Positions 57,277-64,000 of a DNA stretch of 64,000 bases are shown here, piece after piece. How positions within the stretch are numbered: position 1 is the stretch's first letter; the number at the start of each line of letters is the position of its first letter. The notes under the pieces were generated by a model. That model saw only the letters and a program-made list of their open reading frames with translations, searched no databases and was not told the DNA's origin. The DNA comes from the human T2T-CHM13v2.0 reference genome, Homo sapiens. Location: the NCBI RefSeq assembly GCF_009914755.1, contig NC_060926.1, one strand, 5' to 3'. A program made the translations under genes and the position numbers.

Positions 57277-57653
57277 TGTTATGGACTATATTTTATTATC
57301 CCCAAATTCATAGATTGAATTCCTAACTTCCAAAGTGACTATATTTAGAGATAGGACCTTTAAGGACATAATTAAGATTAAATGAGGTCATAAAGTGAAG
57401 CTCTAATCCAATAGGACTGATGTCTTTGTAAGAAGAGGAAAAGACCCTAAGATGGCATACACAGAGGAAAGGCCTTGTGAGAATGCAGTGAGAAGGCAAC
57501 TGTCTGTAAGCCATGTAGTGAGGCTGCAACAGAAACTAAAACAGCTAGAACTTTGATCTGAGATTTCCAGTCTCCAGAACTGAGAAAACAAACTTCTATT
57601 GTTTAAGCCACATGGTCTATATTTGGTTATAGAAATTCTAGACAACTGTTACA
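57277..57653 (+). mobile_element. MaLR LTR, MLT1B-like
   Basis: TGTTATGGACT..CCCCAAATTCATA..CTAATCCAATAGGACTGATGTC..TTCCAGTCTCCAGAACTGAGA. Confidence 0.85.
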
Positions 57654-57747
57654 CAGACTATATACTGTTAAGAATAAACAAATAAATAAATAAATAAGTA
57701 AAAGCATGCTATCCCTATCCCTTTGCTCTGTTTCACATTTATGTGCC

Positions 57748-58156
57748 GGTCTTAGCTTAGTTTATTCTGCTATAACAGAATAACACAGACTGGGTAATTT
57801 TAAATAAACAGAAATGCATTTGGCTTATGGGTCTAGAGGCTGGGAAATCCAAGAGCATGTCTCTGGCATCTTATGAGAGTCTTTGTGATGCATCATCCCA
57901 TGGCAGAATGTGAAGGGACACGGAGGGTGAGGGCAAGAGAGTGAGAGAGGAAAAGTACTAAACCTACCATTTTACCAGGAACCCACTCCTGGAGTAACTA
58001 ACTCACTCCGCAAAATAGCAGCATTGATCCCTTCATGAGGGCACAGCCCTTGATGACCTTAATCACCTCTTATCAGTCCCCACCTCCCAACACTCTTGCA
58101 CTGGGGATTAGGTTTCCAACATGTGAACTTTGGGAGATACCAGCAAGCCACAGTGG
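57748..58156 (-). mobile_element. MaLR LTR, MSTB-like
   Basis: CTGCTATAACAGAATAACACAGACTGGGTAATTT..CACCTCCCAACAC..TTTCCAACATGTGAACTTTGGG. Confidence 0.85.
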
Positions 58157-59169
58157 TACCCATTTTTGTCATCTGTAGATTTGGCTCTTTACCCTGACCA
58201 AAGACTTCTGGGCTTGAGTAAGCTGAGTGTGTTGCAAAGAGTACTTAGTTTAGAAAGTAGCTAGTCCAATGTGAAACTCCTTTTTTGCCTTTGGTGAAAT
58301 GAATCTTGTCACCAGATTCTGGCCTGGATCTTGCATGTTTACTGCTCAGAGCTTCTTCCTAGGAATTAAATCCTTTGTTGCTCTTTGTTTTTTGTATTCT
58401 GACTACGTAGATTTGCTCTTTGCCTACATAAAGGGACAAACCCACCTTCCTGTTGTTCCTTTCTTAGCTGATCTAGCTTTTTGTATTTGACTGCAGTCCC
58501 CCCTTAAATTGTGTTTTCCACCAGCTTCCACTGTGTTGTGGAAACACCCTCACTCCTTCTCATGAACATTTGGGAGGTCTATTTTTTTCATTTTTTCTAA
58601 GCCCTGCTGAATCATTACCAGCATATGGGGAGGAGGGAGGCAGAAACCAAGTATCACTCCCCTGAAGCTACTCAAACAGGACAGTGTCTGTTTGGACACA
58701 TAGCCAGAGTGTTATGGAAGAAATTCTTGTAAACTATGTATTCAGTCATGATACACATTTCTAAATGGTGAGTTTCAAAAATAGATGATTCCACCTTGCA
58801 AACTTGTGCAAATGTATATAACAGACAGAGAAGCAGCAGCCTGTCCATGTCAACAGCCATAGAAAATGTCTGACACTTCCTCTGAGGCTAGAAACAGCTG
58901 TTGATGGAGCTCACAGCAACCAAGACAGGTGTTCAAGTTAGAATCAAACAGTTGTCAAAATTTCTACTTCTCTCTGTTTCTTTAAAACATCGACACATTG
59001 AAGTGTAATGTAGTTTTCAGCTATTAATGGAATTAAATATATAGATTATCTAAAAGAGTAAAAAAGGTTTAAAAGAGCAACTTATTTGGGATCAGTTATT
59101 TCCACATGATGAGGCATGACCTAACTCACCTTCTGAATCATAATCATCATAATAATAACAATAATAACA

Positions 59170-59470
59170 GACTGGGCACCATGGCTCACATCTGTAATCT
59201 CTGCATTTTGGGAGGCCACAGAGGGGCATCGCTTGAGGCCAGGAGTTCAAGACCAGCCTAAGCAACATAGAAAGACCCTGTCATTACAAAACATTAAAGA
59301 ATTAGCCCAGCATGATTTTGCATGCCAGTAGTTCCAGATACTCAGAAGGCTGAGAGGGAGGATCACTTGAGCCCAGGAGTCCAAGGTTACAGCAAGCTAT
59401 GTTTGGGACATTGCATTTCAGCCTGGGCAACAGAGTGAGACCCTGTCTCAAAAAGATAAAAAGTAAATAC
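59170..59470 (+). mobile_element. AluJ-like
   Basis: GCTTGAGGCCAGGAGTTCAAGACCAGCC..GAGTGAGACCCTGTCTCAAAAA. Confidence 0.92.
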
Positions 59471-59479
59471 AAATAATCA

Positions 59480-60400
59480 TAAATTTTATTAATGCCAGGA
59501 ACTATGCTAGGTCCTAGGGAGATATGATGCTCAAGACAAAGGCTCTAACTGTATATATTGTATACTTTAGCAACTTTATAAGTTGTATACTTTGGCAACA
59601 AGGATAATTGAATAAATAACTAGGCAAATCATTAGAAACATAAGTAATTATAATTTCTATGCTAAGGAGAAGTACTTTGCAAAGGGAGAATTTATAAATT
59701 GAGCCCTTGACCTAGGGCTGGGGACCAAGAAACACTTCTGTGAAGCACTAACATTTGTGCTAAGATATGAAATATGAGAGGGGATAACCACAGGGAGAAA
59801 TGGCAAAGTAGACTCTGCAAGAAAACAGATGATATAAAAACACTGAACCAAGAATTGTTCATTAGAATTGCAGAAGGTTATAGGAGCCAGATAGGAAGGG
59901 GCCAGATCCTTCAGGTTTCTGATGGCAATGATAAGTAATTAGTTACTTAGAGTTCTGAAAGCACTAGACAGCTGTAAAGAATTCTTAAGTAGGGAATAAT
60001 ATGAACAGAACCTCCTTTAAAAAAATAACATTCTGGCTACAATGTTGAGAGTCAATTGGAAAGAGACAAGAACAGTGATGAGAAAACGAAGGAGGAAACT
60101 AGTAGCCATCAACAAGGAACAGTGGCATCTCTCAGTTCATGCCATATACAAATGGCCAGAGGCTTCCTAATTTGCTTCCTAATTTTCAAAAGTATTCTCA
60201 GGACCTAGGTGTTTCTTTGAAGATGACCTCATTCATTCATTCAACCTCCATTGTTTGTGCACTGACCCTATGCGAGGCACTTGGGTTCGCGGAGGGAATG
60301 CACAGCCCTGGCCCCCAAGGAGTCCTCTAGGGACAGGTAATTGAGTTATGGTAGATTGGGGGTTATCCCAGGAGTAAACAAAAGAGGAATAGTCACACTG
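59480..60400 (-). mobile_element. L2 fragments
   Basis: GCCAGGAACTATGCTAGGTCCTAGGGAGATA; TTAAAAAAATAACATTCTGGCT; TCATTCATTCATTCAAC. Confidence 0.6.
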
Positions 60401-60402
60401 CA

Positions 60403-60710
60403 GGCCACATGTGGTGGCACACACCTGTAATCTCAGCACTCTGAGAGGCCAAGGCAGGTGAGTTGCTTGAGCTCAGGAGTTTAAGACCAGCCTGGGCAAT
60501 ATGGTGAAACTCCATCTGTACAAAAAATACAAAAAAAAAAAAAAAAAAAAAGTGGGGTGTGGTGGCACACACTTCTAGTTCCAGCTACTCAGGAGGCTGA
60601 GGTGGGAGGATTGCTTGTGCCCAAAGTTTGAGACTGTAGTAAGCTGAGATTGCACCACTGCACTCTAACCTTGATGACAGTCTAAAAAAAAAAAACAGAC
60701 AAACAAAAAA
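60403..60710 (+). mobile_element. AluJ-like with expanded middle A-run
   Basis: TSD GTSACACTGCA at 60392-60402 and 60712-60722. Confidence 0.92.
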
Positions 60711-60948
60711 GGTGACACTGCAAATGGCACCTAACCAGAAGCTGGGGAGTTAGGAAGTGTTTCACAGAGGTAATGCTGGTAATGCACATAAGCGAAGGAA
60801 GAATGAAAATTATCCAAGTGTTTCTCATGAGTATTGGCTGTTACCTATAAGTTATTAGTTTGACATTTAGGAAAGTTGAAAGCAAGACCCTAAAAACTAT
60901 TTTGCTTAGTTATGTCATTTTTTTTAGGAGAAAAATAGTTACCATGTC

Positions 60949-61312
60949 TGCTATGGCTTGATTGTGTCCTTAAAGTTCAAGTGTTGGAAACTTAATCCCA
61001 GTGCAACAGTGTTGAAAAGAGAATTCCTAGTAAGAGGTGATTAGGTCATTAGGACTTTGTCCATTACTGTTATTTCAAGTGTGACCTTGTTATAAAAGTG
61101 AGTTTGGCCACTTCTTGCCCTTTTGCTCTTTCATTCTCTCTTGCCTTTCTGCTTTACATTATGGGATGACACAGCATGAAGGCTCTCACCATGTGCCAAC
61201 ATCTTTATATTGAACTTCTCAGCCTCCAGAATTGTGAGATATAAATTTCTTTTAAAAAATAAATTACCTAATATTTTTATTCTTTTATAGCAATACACAA
61301 TGGAAGAAGACA
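60949..61312 (+). mobile_element. MaLR LTR, MST-like
   Basis: TGCTATGGCTTGA..GTGTTGGAAACTTAATCCC..CAGCCTCCAGAATTGTGAG..AAGACA; TSD ATGTC/ATGTT. Confidence 0.85.
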
Positions 61313-62131
61313 ATGTTGTTTTGCCTGTGTCCCTTATGGCACATTTTATTATTTGCCTATATATGTCTCTGCTCAGTTCTCAAATATTGTTTTTAATCAG
61401 GTCTCATCTTTCCTACTCAAACTAATTTCCAGTTCTTTGCACTCTTCCTGCTTCTGGTGTATAATTCCGTCTCCTTAGCATCTTTTATTAGTCAGAGATC
61501 GTGAGATTGCATTTGACAGAACCACAACTGAAATGGCTTAGTAAAAACAGGAACATGGTTAGTTTATCTAGCTTGTAATTGAAGACTACACCAGTTCAAG
61601 GCACCTCTGGATACAGGAATCAAATAAGATCCCAGCTATGTTGTTCCTCTCTTCCTCCCCAAAGTGCTCCCAGTCGCTCCCACCCTCTCAGTCTCAGCCA
61701 CCCTTTCTGCCTCTCACTTCTGCTTCACTCCCAGGCAGATCTTTCCACCTGGAAGTGAGTTAGACACAAGCAGTCTTAGGATGACAGCCTAACAGTGTGT
61801 CCCAAACAGAAGAAAGCAGTCTTTCCCCCCCAAATAAGTCTATGGAAATTCAGAACTGAGCTCCAAATGGTCAGAGAGTTAATGACTCTGGCCAGGAATA
61901 TGACCTATGTTGGTTGCCCAGACATCAGCCCACACACACACTCCTGACAAAGAAGAAGTGTGGCACCTGCTTCACACAGATGGCATGAGCTAACAGTGTG
62001 CACTGCACAGGTTCTCTAGAGAGTGTTGAGGTGCTATCACCAGAACGAGAATGCTATGGAACAATCTCTACCCCAGAACACACCTGCATGGTCATCATGG
62101 TCATGTATTTGCAAACTTGGTTTCTCTCTCT

Positions 62132-62439
62132 CTCTTTCTTTTTTTTTTTTTTTTTTGAGGTGAAGTTTTGCTTTTGTCACCCAGGCTGGAGTTCAGTGGC
62201 ATAATCTTGGCTCACTGCAACCTCCGCCTCCCAGGTTCCAATGATTCTCCTGCCTCAGCCTCCTGAGTAGCTGGGATTACAGGTGCCTGCCACCACGCCT
62301 GGCTAATTTTTGTATTTTTAGTAGAGACGGGGTTTCACCATGTTGGCCAGGATGGTCTCAAACTCCTGACCTCAGGTGATCCTCTTGCCTCAGCCTTCCA
62401 AAGTGCTGGGATTATAGGAATGAGCCACTGCAGCCAGCC
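62132..62439 (-). mobile_element. AluS (Sx/Sz-like)
   Basis: Full dimer with CTGACCTCAGGTGATCC and poly(T); TSD-like TGGTTTC on both sides. Confidence 0.95.
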
Positions 62440-62490
62440 TGGTTTCCCATCTAATTCTCTTTCTCCCGTGGAGGCAGGGATGAAGAAGAT

Positions 62491-62850
62491 TATCTTAGTC
62501 CAGGATGCTATTAGCCTGGATGGCTTGAATAACAAACATTTGCCTTTCATGACTCTGGAGCCTGGAAGTCCAAAATCAGGGTGCCAGAATGATTGGGTTT
62601 TTGCTTACTGCCTTCTTACTAGCTATATTGTCACATGGCCCTTCCTTGGTGAGACAGAGAGAAAGAGAGAGAGAGAGATCTTGTGTCTCTTCCTCTTTCA
62701 TAAGGACACAATCCTATCATGGTGCTCCATTCTCATGACCTAATCTGATCCTAATTAGCTCCCAAGGTCCCATCTCCAAGTACCATTACACTGGGGATTA
62801 GAGCTTCAACATACGATTTGGGGAAGGACGCTAACCTACTGTCTACAACA
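62491..62850 (-). mobile_element. MaLR LTR, MLT1A-like
   Basis: CTCTGGAGCCTGGAAGTCCAAAATCAGGGTGCC..CCATTACACTGGGGATTAGAGCTTCAACATA. Confidence 0.8.
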
Positions 62851-63257
62851 AAGCTCTACTCACTGAAATCACCTACATTTGCTTCTCCTAGAACTCATCT
62901 TGCTGGGCATTGCTTCCACCTTCAATTTTTGTTACCAAACTGGAGCACTGTATCCAGGACCTGAAATCTGTGAACTCAAGGGTTTTTGGCTTTAGCCTCA
63001 GCCATTATTTTTCTATTGGTTGTATTCTGATATAATGTGACCCCAGATTCAGAAAGTAGGAAGACAAGTTCTTGCTTTGGGGGCTGAAATGCAAACTGAA
63101 GGTGAAGGAAGGACAATGAATGCTCAGTTGGCATTTCTTAGGTTTCAAGCAAAGAAGAAGAGATACAGGTGGGGAAGCAAGTGATGATGTAGCAACCAGA
63201 TTATGTAGTTGTTGATACTCACTGCTTTATTTCCCCCACTGGCCCTCCATAGCTTTA

Positions 63258-63402
63258 CCAGAGTCTTCCCTAAACCTGGCTGGCAGCTGATTAGAAATGC
63301 CAAATTTCTAATGCCACTCCAGGCCTGCTGGATCAGAACCTACAATATATGACAAAGCTGGCGGGTCATTCACAACAACTTTACAGTTAGAGAAACACCG
63401 CT
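63258..63402. mobile_element. MER5-type hAT MITE
   Basis: TTAGAAATGCCAAATTTC..CCAGGCCTGCTGGATCAGAA..AGTTAGAGAAACACCG. Confidence 0.55.
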
Positions 63403-64000
63403 CTGAAAGTCTGAGTGCCAGGTACTCTGTGGTTCAGGGTGTGGGGAGAGATTTGAGATCCTACACTTGGCTATAATGTTAATGGGACATAATTATTTAC
63501 TAAGCTCCTCCCACAAGCAAAGTGAATTTCAAGGAAGAAATGTTGGGCTTACATGAACGTCTCTTCTCTTTATGGAAAGTTACTTTTCATTGCTAATATT
63601 GGAAGACTTTTTTTTTGTAAGAAAGTTATATTTTCTTTCCTGTAGACCAAGGTTAGTTGTGACCTCACATACCTAAACTGCCAGTCTTGGTCATTAATTC
63701 ACACCCCAACTCTGCTTACAAACCGTTTATCCATCCCCTGCCCTGGTTTCTAACATGATTCTTTATTACCTGCTCAGCTAGCAGACTAAATTTATTCAAT
63801 TTTCTTTTCCTTTGGCACAATCAGCCAATCCCAATGTTGCAAACTAAAATCAAACCAGATGTGCTAAGAATTTTATTGACTATTTTATGTAACAAGCTGA
63901 ATGACCAGAAGGCTCAAACCAAATTAATTGAAAATTAAAGCAGAGAAGATTTAAGCCAGACACTATTTAAACAGGCTTAAAAGGTTAGCAAAGGAAAAGC

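Overview
This is mammalian, simian-primate genomic DNA. It is probably ape or human, judged from Alu, THE1 and young L1PA elements, but I cannot identify the species or locus. It is AT-rich and CpG-depleted, and reads as intronic or intergenic. I can support no protein-coding exon, RNA gene, CpG island or prokaryote-type system (CRISPR, operon). The window is a mosaic of Alu, L1, L2, MIR, MaLR/ERV1 LTRs, DNA-transposon fossils and microsatellites; subfamily names come from remembered consensus sequences, not a database search. Most notable: (1) a complex rearrangement at 39.45-41.8 kb, where a ~400-bp inversion splits an L1 (shown by an inverted target-site duplication, TSD) beside a ~370-bp insertion built from scrambled, inverted copies of DNA roughly 0.6-1.4 kb downstream; (2) two neighbouring L1PA copies, one with a twin-priming inversion, that share at least 7 non-consensus variants; (3) a three-layer L1/PABL/MER61 nest; (4) candidate regulatory elements: a six-site GATAAG cluster, a CpG-retaining hairpin-rich element, an ETS palindrome with RUNX/KLF sites, and a MER41 fragment with a STAT site. 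I found no evidence for a new gene system.
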